From: Camelus dromedarius
Lineage: Eukaryota
Assembly: GCF_036321535.1 (NCBI RefSeq)
Contig: NC_087447.1
Span: 36,768,001-36,832,000, forward strand
Length of the DNA stretch: 64,000 bases
Direction: 5' to 3'
In this document: piece after piece, positions 40,880-54,400 of the stretch
Numbering within the stretch: the stretch's first letter is position 1
Layout of the letters: each line of letters starts with the position of its first letter
Translations under genes and position numbers: made by a program
Notes under the pieces: generated by a model
Told to the model about the DNA's origin: nothing
The model's input: the letters and a program-made list of their open reading frames with translations, nothing else
Database searches by the model: none

Positions 40880-41100
40880 AATGGCAAAGACTTATTGAAT
40901 GTTCTCTGTGTGAAAGCACTGTTCTAAGTGCTTCACATGTACTAACTTGTATTACCTCGCTTGATCTGCACAGCACTCGGTTGCTATTCCAGTTTTATAA
41001 GAGATCAGTAGGATCAGAGGTACAGCCCTGGGAAGTGGTAGAGCTGAAGATGGAAACTCTGGCTCCAGAGCCCATGCTCTTCCACACTTCAGCATACTGC
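40880..41100 (-). mobile_element. MIR (internally shortened)
   Basis: ttattgaatgttctctgtgtgaaagcactgttctaagtgcttcacatg...aagtggtagagctg...ctggctccagagcccatgctctt. Confidence 0.7.
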
Positions 41101-41639
41101 TTTGTCAGTCTGATGATTATTAAAATATACACACGGAACTCAGTGAACTTGCAAAGAAAACTGTGATAAGTAAAAAATAATTAAAAGTTATATTTCCTTA
41201 TTTACAGAATGATGTAAGTTCAACTTATATATTCTGCTTTTATTCCAGTAGAGTTTTTTTCTTTTGTAAACATAACGTCATGAAAATATATTTGGTAACT
41301 TAGTGAGTTTGCTGGCCAAACTGACATTAATTGTAATGTCACATATTGTAAAAGAAAAAACAATTTTTTAAATACAGTGAAGTTTACTTTAAAAAATTAA
41401 TTAAAATAAACATTACATCTGAAAAGTTAATACTGGTTGTATATTAATATATAATGTTAACCTAATGAGTACTTGTATGTTTATACATACAATATGTTTA
41501 CATTTATAGTTCTTGGTAACATAAATGATTTTTTTCTCATGCTGTCAAGATATTAATGATCTTTACAGATATAGGCAAGACTGAATGGTTTTTATAAAAT
41601 ATTAAAATTACAGAGTCTATACTCAAGGAACATTTCTAG

Positions 41640-41800
41640 CATTACAACCCATTACTGGAAGTGTCCTTGCAGATTATCTAGTCCAACACCCTGATTTTAC
41701 AGGTAGGTGTAAGTGGAGGCCCAGAGAGTTACTTGCACAAGGGGCAAAACTGAAACTAGAATACAGATCTCCTGATTTATATTCCAGTCACTTTTCACTA
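41640..41800 (-). mobile_element. MIR3-like fragment
   Basis: atctagtccaacaccctgattttacag...gaggcccagagag...acttgc...actagaatacagatctcctga. Confidence 0.7.
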
Positions 41801-42626
41801 TACAACTTCATAGATAATAAAATATTTTATATACTCCAATAGCTCTTACTAAACACCTTGCAAATGATAAGATAAGCGTCATACCATTTTTGAATCATTT
41901 TTTCCTATTTCTGTCATTCTCTGTATACTAACCAACAGGGAACCCTTACTACATACTGTACACTTACGTGATTTATCTGGCCTCAGCTTGAGTATTTTGT
42001 CTGTTAAATTTTTATAACTTTCTGCATTTCTGTTGTCCTACACTCTCAAAATGCCACTGATTATTTGGGTCACTCTTCTGTTGTTGTTATGACACTTGTT
42101 TCCTGAGGAACTTAGGTTAGTGTTTTTCATACAGCTCTCACTCTTAGTTCAGGCAAATTAGGATCTGCAGAAAGCCTCAGGCACTCAGGTGTTCACATAC
42201 ATGGCCCAACGAAATGCAAAGGTTCTTGTGGCCCATAAGGTTCCACTTGCTACATTTGATTGATGGCAGGCACTGAAATCTTTCAAAGTCCATACGTAAC
42301 TGTTTTCCCTATAAAACATCCTAATTTGCTATTTCTGAAAAAATATCATTTAAACTATGATTAACCTCCTTAAACCAGCACATGTGAAAACTCACATGCT
42401 GAGATTCCAGAGTGAAAGTCTTAGTATCATTGGATAAGCTGTATTTCTTAAAATATTTTCCTTTTGATTGCTTCTGTCATTTGACTAACATTTCATTGTT
42501 AGATTACATGATATACTTTAGGAATTGAAAATATGCTAAAATAAGAATCACTGTTGCTTCATAAGTGGATTGAGGAAAATAATTATCCAAATCTACTATC
42601 TTCTGAAAGAGATTTAAATTGGATTA

Positions 42627-43020
42627 CAGTTATTCCACTGTGTCCATGGGGTATTGATTCCAGGACCAGTCCTCCTTCCAAACCATGGATGCTCAAGTCC
42701 CTTATATAAAATGATGTAGTATATGCATATAACCTTTTTTTTTTTTTAAATGAAGGCACTGGGAATTGAACCTAGGACCTTATGCATGCTAAGCACAGAT
42801 TCTACCACTGAGCTACACTCTCCCCTCCATGTACTTTAAATCATCTCTAGATTACTTCCAATACTTAATACAATGTAAATATGTAAATAGTTGTAAATAC
42901 AATGTAAATGCTAGTGGGACAAATTTAAGTTTTGCTTTTTTGGAACTTTCTGGAATTTTTTTCTGACTTTTTAATCTGTGGTTGGTTGAATCCAAAGATT
43001 TGGAACCCACAGATACTACA
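42627..43020 (+). mobile_element. MER2/MER2B-like Tigger MITE, interrupted by a SINE
   Basis: TA|cagt start, gattccaggacc, ggatgctcaagtcccttatataaaatg, tactttaaatcatctctagattactt, gtggttggttgaatcca...ggaacccacagatac. Confidence 0.88.
42735..42825 (-). mobile_element. tRNA-derived camelid SINE (vic-1-like, short-tail form)
   Basis: Reverse complement ggggagagtgtagctcagtggtagaatctgtgcttagcatgcataaggtcctaggttcaattcccagtgcc plus poly-A. Confidence 0.9.
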
Positions 43021-43044
43021 TTTCACTTTATTTTTTAAGAGGTG

Positions 43045-43205
43045 GCATATTATAGTGGAAGGAGTTCTGAACTGAGGATCAGGACTTCTAGGTTCTAGTC
43101 CTGACATTGTCACTAGCTAATTAACTATGTAACTAAGTAAACGGTCAGTTCACTTTCCCCTTCTGGCTTTCAGCTTCCTGATTTTTAAAACTTGGGAGTT
43201 GAATT
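43045..43205 (+). mobile_element. MIR/MIR3
   Basis: atagtggaaggagttctgaactgaggatcagga...ggttctagtcctg...tcagcttcctgatttttaaaa. Confidence 0.65.
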
Positions 43206-46200
43206 ATTTCTTTCTTTACAATAACTTTTGGAGTCTACAATTGTTAATGTGAATATACTTTAAAGAAGTTATTTCATGTTATTTTTTAATAGAAAGGATA
43301 AATTAAAATTAAAACAAACAAACAAACAAAAAAAACCCACCTCCAGATGTTGATTAATGGTGGTAGAACCAGTAATGGAAAATAACAGGGAACAAATAAG
43401 CTGGGTTGACTGGGAGAAATGCAAGATGTTTTTTTCTTTCTTTCATAATGCTCCCCTTTTTTCCTTTAAAAAGCTCAGATATGCAGTGAACTTTGTCGTA
43501 ACTGTTTGTTTTATGTTCATGTTGGAAGATACATTTGGAGCTATATCCACATACGCATACCAGATCCACACACATAGACTCACACATAAACAACCCTTCT
43601 CCCTTCTTCCAGTTCTCCAGTGTACAGAGTCAGTCTGGGACTTCAGACTGGGAAGAACAAGCACATTGTTACTTTGATGCTAATGAGAGCTGTGAAACAT
43701 CAAGATAAGAAAATTTATACTCAGAGTATCAGTCTAGAAAAATCAGATGTTTTGAAGTGGAAAGGGAAGTTAATTTGAAGTTAGGGTTTAAATTCTGGCT
43801 GTGTGATTTTAGGTAAACTTTGTATCCTTTCTGTGTCTTTTCCTTCATTTGTATATTGATGATGATGACAGTAACAGCTACATTACAAGGTGGTTTTAAG
43901 TTTCAAAAATCCTAATGTGTGTGAAAACCCTTTCTAGTACTTTTTAGGTTATTTTGATTATTATTTTATCTGGCTTATTTTCACACACAGATTAGCTGAA
44001 ACAGTGTTACCACTCAACTCTACTCACCTTATATAAACTAAATATTTAACCTTATAAACACATTTTGACATAAACTTTTAGGCTAAGACCATTTTTATGG
44101 TAGATTTTTATCACTTTACTAACTCAAGTAGAAAGAAGGTTTAAATGAGTAGCCTACTACTGAATAATTACTTACTATATATTTTTATCTTGGTAGAGTC
44201 ACTAACCTGGTGGAATTTTTACCGTGATTTTTATTTTGTAATGATAATGAAATGAATGATAGTGATAATAAAATCACCTTACCCTGTGATGATCCCTGCC
44301 TTATATTTCTTGGGTTGCCAGAGAAAACTCTTCCAGACTCTCCAAGCAGTCTAATCTGCTGTTGATTATTCAGTTCATTTGAACAAATGGAAGGAACAAA
44401 AGAATATATGTAGTCAACTCTTGATTACCTGTGATCTTAGTTACACAGATAATTCCAAACAGCAGCTACTTCAGACATTTATATTTAGCTCATGAATGGA
44501 TTTAAGTGTTTACATTTGACTATAAACATGGCTGATAATCTGGGAACTCACTTGTCTTTGGTTTGTTGTAATGGTATTAAAACTTGGAAATGTTTTGTCT
44601 GAATCCAAAGTATATTTCATTACCTAGAATACATTGGCCCAAAATTCTAATTTGTGAATCTTCTTGGGAGAGTCTTGTTTCTTTCATCTCTTTGCCACAC
44701 AGAGGACTGATATATGCTTGAGTCACTTTTGCTCCTTCTCCTCTTTTTTCTGCTCTGAGTTGACTAATCCACTCTTGATTAAATAAAGATGTTGGAAAAC
44801 TGAATTTTTATGCAAGTGTTAACAGTTATTGCTTAAATGAATTTGGTTCCGAATTCACACCAAATCTTTACTTAGTTGTATTGGATTGCAGTGATGATTT
44901 AATCACTTCTAGATCTATGCTGTCCAGAAGATTTTAAATTAATGCACACTTCAGTATTTTAGACTTTTTCCACTTTTTTTTTTTAATTTCTACTGCCTCT
45001 GATGTAGTTTTTGCTTCTATGAACTAACATTCTTACAACATAACATGGGTATTCCTATAAAACAGTGCCTGAAAAGCTCCAGGAATGACAGAACTTTTTC
45101 CCCCAAATCACATTTAATAGACTTTCTTGTATTTTTGTGTTTGCTTGCTTTCATAATGCCTTTTAATCTTCACTTGGTTTAGATTCTTCAATTTTTAAAT
45201 TACAGGCTAGTCTTTGGTAATTGACTATGCTTTACTAATACAGTTATTTATGGGATTAGGGTAGGAATTGTATTTCATTTAGAACCTTTAATTCCCTTCC
45301 CTGCCACCCCCTTTCTTAAGCCATACTCAATAATTTCTGGTTTGAACTACCTATGGGTAAGCTTGAAAATATAACTTAGGACTCAAATGGAGCTCAGTCT
45401 GGAGGTATAAGTTGTTTCCTTTTAATTTGAGAATTAATATAATTTTGAAATTATTTTTCTGTATTAGTAAGAAATTGGGTAAATGATGTTACTGTTAATT
45501 TTCTAGAAACTTAACTATAAACTCTCTGAAATAATTGTAGATGTGTAGATTTTCTAATATTGTCTTGTAGAACTGAGGGAAAATATTCTGGCCATTGAAT
45601 TTATTCAAAGATCATTGATTTTTGTGGCCCTTGTTGAATTTTAAGTCTTGCCTAGATTTCCAAAAACTTGGTTGAATTTTATACTTAAAGTAGGAAAGTT
45701 TGTGTTTTATTATTTTTATGCTAGACAGGACTTTCGGTGAGTCTTCCTTAATAATAATTTTCATTACTTCCTCATGTATAACCCAAAGTCTTAGAATCTT
45801 CCAAAACAAATGTAAGTTTTCATTGATTCATGTGTTTGTATTTTCATCATATGAAAGACAAACCTGTACTTAATATTAAAATTTGTAATGATATATTGCT
45901 GTAAGATTTAGATATTTTGATATTTTCATTTTTTTTACATGGACACTGGTGTGTTATTTAGTTAATTAATAAGTAAAATTATGTTTGTCTCTTCTAAAAT
46001 GGGAAAAATTAATGTGACCTTAATATCCCCTTAATTGGGAATTACATTTCATGGAAAATGGATTGATTGTTTCTGTGAATGTTAAATTAAAAATTTCTGT
46101 CTAAAAAAATTCTCTTCAAAATACTTGGCAAATAAGGAGCATTTGTACAAGCTTCATGAAACCAAGATTACATTGTTGGTTTTACTCTAGATAATGTGTC

Positions 46201-46414
46201 TATTATATTTATTTGTTTATTATGAATTTCCACATGTTTTCAATAATGATGAATTGAGCCTAATTATTTTATAGAATTGTGTCATCCATATTTCAGGCTT
46301 ACCAACAACATAAAATTCATATTATGAAATTTTTATAAAATCCACTATAAGATTCTGTTTACGTAATATTACCTAGTCAGAAACTGACTTTAAGTGAGAA
46401 TAAATTAGGACTGG

Positions 46415-46545
46415 AATATGCATATGTTATGATTTACCTGGGATTGTTCTGGTTTACACCTATGTTTGTGATGTACTAATTAACAGCACCTCCTTTCATT
46501 TAAGAAATGTCCTAATTTGGATGATGAATTATATGAATGTAGTCA
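46415..46545 (-). mobile_element. MER94-like hAT-Blackjack MITE, degenerate
   Basis: tttacctgggattgttctggtttacacct...aattaacagcacctcctttca...tgtcctaatttggatgatgaattatatg. Homologous to 59262-59395. Confidence 0.7.
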
Positions 46546-49500
46546 CATATTAGAATTCCTTTCAACAAGTATTTATTGAAGACCTCCTATGTGTCTGAAA
46601 CTTTTCTAGGTGCTGGGGGATAACTAATAGAACACAAATTAAAAGACAAATGACAACTGAGTAACTTAGAAGAGTTTATCTGTTATTGTTGTCAAAAAAG
46701 TAACCAGGTTAATTGTCATGGAATATAACAAAATAAAATATCATTGGTGAATGATAATTGAGTACTGCTAGAATCATGGCACATTAAATAGAAAGAAACT
46801 GATCAACATTTTTTAAAGAGGTTAAGAGATATGCTACGGATTTGTCAATAAGATGGTAAGAATGCACTGTTTTTATAAAGTTAATGAGCACTTAAAATTT
46901 TTTCAACTTTGTTTTAAACTTGTAGGTGTAAAAGAAACAAGCTGCAAATACCCTCTTAACTTAATTAAAATTGTTTTGACAAGTAGAGCAGGAATCTCAA
47001 GTGAGGTTGCTCGTAGTTTGTAAAAGCTTATTCAGTACACCTATTATTTTCTTAAACTGTAGAAAGTGAATCTGCCGAACAAAATCTTCTTGGCTACAAA
47101 ATGCGCAGTGAGAAAGCTGGGTAGGGGCATAGGTTTTAAAATGTTGAGAGACACTGCTCTAGAGCAGTCTATAGTGACACAGCCAGGGTCATTCTTCCAA
47201 CTTTTGAAATTCAACCAAAGAATGGATTTTGTTGTCCAAAGTATACTTATTAAAAACATCCTCCTGAAAAAGCTCTGGTGGCATAAGGATAGGTGAGTAA
47301 GTTGGCCAATCAACTATAAATCTTTTAGCAGTTCTTTGGGCAATTAAGAGTTACAACCTGTTCTCTGATTACATTGTCTTGGCATGTAATTAATTCAATT
47401 TTATTGGAAGAAGATGATGTTAGAAAGAGTTAATACGATGATATAAATTCCTTTGAATGGTTCCTGTATAATTGCTTAGTCCATATAATTTATATAGTTT
47501 TTAGTTGATTCTGCCTTCTAAATTGTGGTTTATATTTATAGAACTGTTTGAATTTTTCTTCATATAATTCAAAATTGAATTTCTAGGTGTAACATTTTCT
47601 GAGTAGAAAATTTTCAAGCCTATTTATATTGACTCAGTCCCCTAAGCCACTAGACTTCATTTACTGTTCACACTATCATAAATAATATTAAATTATGATT
47701 AGTCTAAATATAAATTAGTTTAACTTTTAATATCACTACATCTACCAATAAGGTATTTAAATTTTACAAAATGCAAAAGAATTTCATGAAGACTCTGTAT
47801 GAAGCTATTGTCTTAAACTAGTTGTTTTTTCTTTTTTCTCCCAAGAAACATTTCTGGTTTACTGGAAAGAGTTTGGGTTTGGAGATCAGACCGTCTGACT
47901 TAGAATCATGGCTCAGTATGATCCTGGCCATATTTTTAACCTTCTTCAGCCTCATTTTCCAAAATATGTTGAAAAAGATAAAATGCTAAGTACTAACTGT
48001 AGCACATAGAAAGTATTTGGACCATCATATGTGTTCAAAATTTTGATTAAATCTGAAGTACATTTCTTTAGTTGTTTAAATTTTATTATTTATCTCTATC
48101 TTTTTTATTGGATTTGATTTTCTATTACTTACACAGTAATGGGGATAGCCATTAAATTTAGTTAGTTACAATGGTTACCAAACTGAAAGCAACTCAGACA
48201 TGGATAAAATACTGCTGAAGTTCAGAGCAATTCCATCTGGTTTGTTAATTGCTCTGTCTGCCTATCTCCAACTATTCTGGGAACTACTGATTTCGAATTG
48301 GTTATTAGGTTCATTTTAAGTTTTCTGAGCACAGAATAAGTGGTAGCTGTTGTAATTATGTCTGTGTTTTGTCACAGAGAAGCATGTGACATAGACCCTG
48401 CCCTTAAGGAGCTAATAGTCAGGTAGGAAGTACCCATCGTGGTCCATTATTTACTCTTATTTCCTACCAATTTTCTCTATAGAATTCTGAGTAGCACCAT
48501 GATTCTTATCTAATTCACAGCAGTCTTTAAACCTGAGTGGGGAGCCAAGAGAGTCCTGGAGGGAGGATGTCCTTGACATCTATGTGTTTGCAAAGCCTGT
48601 TGCCTCTGCAGTTATTCTGGGCCAATGATGTTATAATCATCTGTTAAAAGCAAAGATCTTTTTAAGTATCACCCTTAAATGCAACTATTGCAATTATCTT
48701 TTGGTTGCCTTCTCAAATGTTTGCATCTTCAAAAGGTGGCATTTTTCGGTACTACCACATAGATTGCGGCATTCTGTTTCCTATGTGACTCAAATATTAA
48801 TTAATATGTTTTTTCCTTCCTGCCTCTGGATCACATATCCAGCTTTTGCCTTCAAGTTAAAAAAATAATTAAAAATCTTTATTTTTATTCATTTGACAAT
48901 TGTAAAATCATGAACATTTTAAAGTTACATTAGAAAGTGATTTTTGTAAACTTCTTTGTAAATCCTATTTATAACCTGCAGTTATTGATAAAGTGATTAT
49001 AACTCTTAAAATCTTGAATCATGCTCTTCTATATATTTGTAAGAGAATGTCCCAGTATGAGAATAGGACATCTTATTTGTAACTAAACTACTTTTGTTTA
49101 TAGGCCAAACATATGTTGACTTTTGATTTAATTTTTAAAAGGCTTAGAAATGTTTTTTAATTATTTTGTTCATGTTCTGCTTCAGCATGTTCAAAATCAT
49201 CCTGTGATGGGAGACCCTTGCTCACTTCCGGACCCAGGCTTTAATTGTCTTTGTTTCTTTGTCATTCCTTAATATTTGTGCCTTGAGTATTGTCAATTCT
49301 CCATGGGAAACATTAGATAACCTTCAAAAAAGCTTTCTGAACATAATATTTTCATAATACATTGATGATAGTACCTATTGTACCCAGAAATCATTGTTAA
49401 ATTAAAAATTGAGAATGAAAAGAATATGCTATTTATCCAGCTGTATTCAACTATGAAAGAACAAAGAAACAGCAATTTTAGAATCAATATAAAATTTCCA

Positions 49501-50374
49501 TTTTCCCTCTACAGACCCATAATGCGAGTTTGTGATGGGTGGACTCTGATTACTGATCTGTTATCTGATCAGATACTCAGTGCTGTAATTTGGGAAACTG
49601 TGAACTACCTGTTATTATGTAAGAACACAAATAATCTCTCTTAGCTCCATTTTAAGTTAAAAATTTTAGCACACCTGCCCACCTAAGTCTTATTAGCACT
49701 GGGAACATCGAGGCCCACTGAGATGTCCTAATACCTACAAACAATACAGGAAAAACAGGCGGCCTTAACTGGACTATGTAGATTGCTGACCAAGTAGTTG
49801 AGGTCAGGGATACATTTCATGATGCCAGACCTGGAATGGGGGATTAGCAGAGGAGCCAAAAAGGGCACTAAAAGCCAGAGGATCATCCAAATCAGCCTGT
49901 TGAGAAAAGCCAAAATTCCATGATTTCAGAGTCCAGGTCCACATACAAGGTCTGGTGGAGATACACATAGAAATCTAGGTTGCGGGGTTGTGGGGGTGGG
50001 GGGTGGGGTCTCAGCACCAGGAGTTTAGAATTTGGAGGAAATAAAATCAGAGGGAGAGAAAGAGAGCGGGTAGGAGAGTGACTGATTGTATTAGTAATGA
50101 AAGATTAACTACAAACAATGGTAATCATTTGTGACTTAGACTGAAATGTGAATAGGGCTTTGTGTTAGTGGATTGAGCTATCTTAAAGAACAAAGAGAAT
50201 CATAGATACTCCCCTTAGTAAGTACTTCATTTTAATGAGGACCTCAAGAAACATTGTATTTAAAAAAACAAAAAAACAAAAAACCCTCAAAAACTTTATA
50301 AGGAGAATTTCAGCTACCTTACTGGGTGAAGTAGTTTTGAGAAGGTTATTTAGGAATCCAATTTTCCATTTATC

Positions 50375-50620
50375 ATAGTGGTTAAGAGGACAGAATCTGT
50401 GACCAAACTGCATGATTTTGAATCTTAGGTATATGATTTAATAGTTTAGGACTTGGGCAAATTCCTTGACCTTTGCATGCCTCAATCTCCTCATCTTTAA
50501 AATGCAGAAAACAATATGAACTACTGCATACGATTGTTATGAGGAATAACTGAGTTAATAAATATCAAACTCTTCTTATCATGAAACAAGTGCTATGTAA
50601 GTTTAAGCAACTATTATTGT
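50375..50620 (+). mobile_element. MIR
   Basis: atagtggttaagag...gacttgggcaaattccttgacc...gcctcaatctcctcatctttaaaatg...gattgttatgagga. Confidence 0.8.
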
Positions 50621-51289
50621 ACAACAAGGCATATTGGGATAAGGCAAGGATTGCCCTGATTTACACTAGACAAGTTATAAATACAATCTAGAAATGGGCA
50701 AAGTATATGGTGTGTTTGCACAGGCAGTTGCCTTAGTTGTATCTGGGAGGTTCCTCAAACCTTGCTAGGCACACTTTGATTTCTGTAGGTAACTTCCTTT
50801 TGGCCAGCACCTTACTATGTCAGCCTGCAGGCACACTGTACGCCACAGCAGCAGAACATTTGCGTTGTATCTGAAATATTTGGGAATGCCATGGTCTACA
50901 TAATCTTTTTAGTTGCTTGGAACCAGGAGGCCGTATGCTCATTGGAGAGACTGGGGAGAAGGGGATTAAATGTAGCAAAGAGTTTGACTCCCAGTCTAGG
51001 TGCTAATTTTCTGAATAACTGCAGGCATATCACTTAATATCAGGATCTGTTTTTACTTCTGTAAAATATCAACATTCAATTTTAACACATCATTAGTTGT
51101 CCAATTGCCTAGTCTATTTTCTAGACTTTTTAATTTGTAAATAAAGTCTTAATAAGAAGTCTTATTTCTAAACTTGGCATTAAAATTCTAAGTCCCTTAG
51201 AGCATTACTCCTAACTTTTACAAATTCCCTGCAATGTATTTTAAATCTGAGGCATGGGAAGATAGCTCTCCCTTAGGCTCTAGACTTTC

Positions 51290-51470
51290 TTGGATTAAGA
51301 ACCAGAAGACCTGAATTCAAATCCAATCAAATGTTCTGACTTGGTCAAGTTTCTTTATATCTAGTAGCATAGCTTTGCATCTGTGAAATGAAAATAATGC
51401 CACATTTAGGATAATGATCAGACGAGATAGCACATAAACTCTTTTAAGACAGTGTTGTGTTAAACAAGGT
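51290..51470 (+). mobile_element. MIR fragment
   Basis: cagaagacctgaattcaaatcc...gacttggtcaagtt...catctgtgaaatgaaaataat. Confidence 0.65.
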
Positions 51471-54400
51471 CTATTTTTCTTAATCCTTACTTTCCTATCT
51501 TCTAACTCTGGTGGAGCTTCTAAAGAAAGAGCCAATCTTGTAATACTCGGTGGCAATATTGAGAAAAATAACTTTATTGTTTTTTCCCCAAGGACCAATG
51601 GATTTCATGTTTCTGAAAGACCAGAAGCTACTCTTTTAATGTGTGAATTATGGAGTTGTGCCACTGACCATTTATTATCCATAGAAAACAGTAATGTAAA
51701 GATAGCCTGTCTTATACTGAAGGGAAGATGTTTCAGGATACCTTCATTTCCGGACCCCAAAAGGATGGGCTAATAAAGCACACTGGGCTGAAGGCCCAGC
51801 TGTGAGGTTAGGAGCCTAGATGGCAGAATTCCATGGATTGTTCGTGCTCTTTTGGGATCTGCAACATGAATGGACCTCAGTTGATCCAGGAATAGACTTC
51901 CTTTTGCAGCTAGAAAGAGGGGAAGCTGAAGGAGAGGTGAGTGTGCCTGGGATAGATAGGAGAGTTCGAACTTAATTTAGGGAGTCCCTGGGTCTCCTTG
52001 TCTTATTCATACACAGTAAGATTTTAATGACATTTTAAATGAGAGTTGTTTACATTTTAAGAAAGAAATTCTCATACATTGGGTGGGGAAAAAAAAATAA
52101 AAACCTAGCCTGTACCTCAGTCCATGAGCCACACTTCCTGTGTAGTGGTCCCTAAGTGATTCCTAAGAGCACAATTGCTGCATTTATTAAACTTTTTATT
52201 TACTAAGGAGTGGATAGTAGCATATGGGAGCAATGACAATAGCTGACTGATGAGAAAACAAAGAAATTCCAGTATTTTGCTCTTTTGAAAAAAGTCATTC
52301 AGAATTTAGTCATATTGGTTCAGCTGCTGTAACCAAAGACTGATAAGATAATAGAGGTCTTTGTGGTGGTTTTGTACTGAAATCCTTTATCTTTATGATG
52401 CACTGGAGCCCTTTAGAGTGGAAAGCTTTTAAAACTGCTGTTAGATTCAGAACTCAAATTAGCTGCTGGTACAGTGGGACAGGGCTTCCTTTCTCAGGCA
52501 GTCACCACAAAGTAACTTTTATCAGGGGACCTTCTGATAGATTGTTAGTTTCTTCAGCTTACCCTATTTATTTTTGTTGACTTTTTGCTGTCCTATTTTG
52601 TGACATTTAAAAGAAGGGTATATCAAAAAAGGCCAATGCTAAATGATGGACTGAACTTGTGAAGTGGAGACATCACAGCCCATCTGATGTGTGAGGAGGC
52701 TGCAGGATGAGACACAGCAGTTTAACCAGGTTACCTGTGGGCAGAAAAGATCAAATGCAGCTTTCTTTCATGACTAGCATTGTATTTTGGCTTTCTTCTC
52801 AAACAATATCCATTAAAAAAAAAAAATTAGAACTGACCAGAGGATTGACTCTTAAGAGATTTTCTTTTCGACTTAATTTAAAATCTTTCTGAGTTGTTGG
52901 CTGAGTTCCTTGATTGATGCTGCCTTGGAATTATTGTTAAATTCTTTAATCCCTTCTAGGATTGAGTGGTAAAGTATATCTCCATCAGAATTCCATTCCA
53001 GTGTCACTGCCACCCCTCCCTATGGTTCCAAGCACAGATACTTTTCGTTAACCAGGCTTCTTATAATTTAATTATGAAGTCCTATTACGTTTATTAAAGT
53101 AGCATGTGATCCAGTAAAGGAGAATGGTTAGGTAGAAGTCTTATTTTAAATTCCCTAGGACACATTTCTAGATAATGCCATTTGTTAATATTAGTTTTAT
53201 TTGGCTTGGTAAACACTGTATTTTAACACCATTGCCCTTCATTTCATAAAAATGAAGAGAGAAAAAAACATGTTGAGAAATTTACAAGACTTAATTTAGC
53301 TGTCCCTACACGTTCGTTCTCTCTTTCCCCCTCTCTCTCCTTCCCTCTTTCCTTCTTCTCTTCCACTTTCTCTTTTTCTTTTTCTGGCTCCTTCCACCCC
53401 CACCTTTCTAATATTCTGTCTCTCTTTCCACTGCTGTGGGTTTTCTCAGTAGAAAGACAGTTGTCACCACATATCAGTGATCCACTTTCAGAGGACAGCT
53501 ATTAAGAGAGTGACCTGTTTAAGATTTTTATGTTGTGAAAGTCCTAGGTATGGAAATATTGTGAAAGAGGTGAGGCAAATCTATTTAGTAAAGTGCTCTG
53601 CAAGGTGCCTTCCTTGTCCAGATGTGGAGTCTTTAGGGACTTCCCAATGCCCAGTCTTATTTCTAGCACCACTGATTGTAATTATGTCTATTTCACATGG
53701 GCAAAATTAACTAGCAGATTGTGGTGCTAACTTCTATGAGCTGATGTAAAAAAAGATTAAATTTTAAACTTGATTTTTAATTTTAATTTTTCATTCTATA
53801 TCAAGAAGGGATTTATCCTAATTGTCTTATTTTTTTACCTAAATTCTTATCTATTTTGAATTTTCTCTGTTGGCTTTGGACCTAGGGACAGGTAGTTGCA
53901 GTTTGTAAAGTTTAAAATAAATAGTCTATTTTAGTTAATTTTTGTCAAGTTCTTCAGATTATGACCAAAAAAGGCTAGAGGACTGATTTTGAAACTCTTA
54001 TGGTGAAAGATGGTATTTGAAAACTTTTGATGAGGGAAATTGCTGCCATATTTACATTTTGAAAAGTGTTTCCTTATTTACGCACTATTGACTTCCTATT
54101 GAGACTCAAAATTTTAAGTACAACTGGTAAAGAATTCAATGGATCAAACTCAGTAAATCTGAAGTCACTGGAATAAAGGCCCCTAAGAAAAAAATGTGTC
54201 AATTTTAAAGGTCTTTCCTAACTGAAGACCATTTTGTGATAGAGCCAAAGGTTAATAAAATCAGTAGTGAATGTAGCAATTTTACAGATAAGCTATTCAC
54301 AACAAGTGTAGTTACTTGAATAAAAAGCTAATTCAGTTCTAAAATGCCACATGCAGTAGCAGTGAATAGCTGCTTTTAGGTGCTTTCTGGAGGAGGATAA

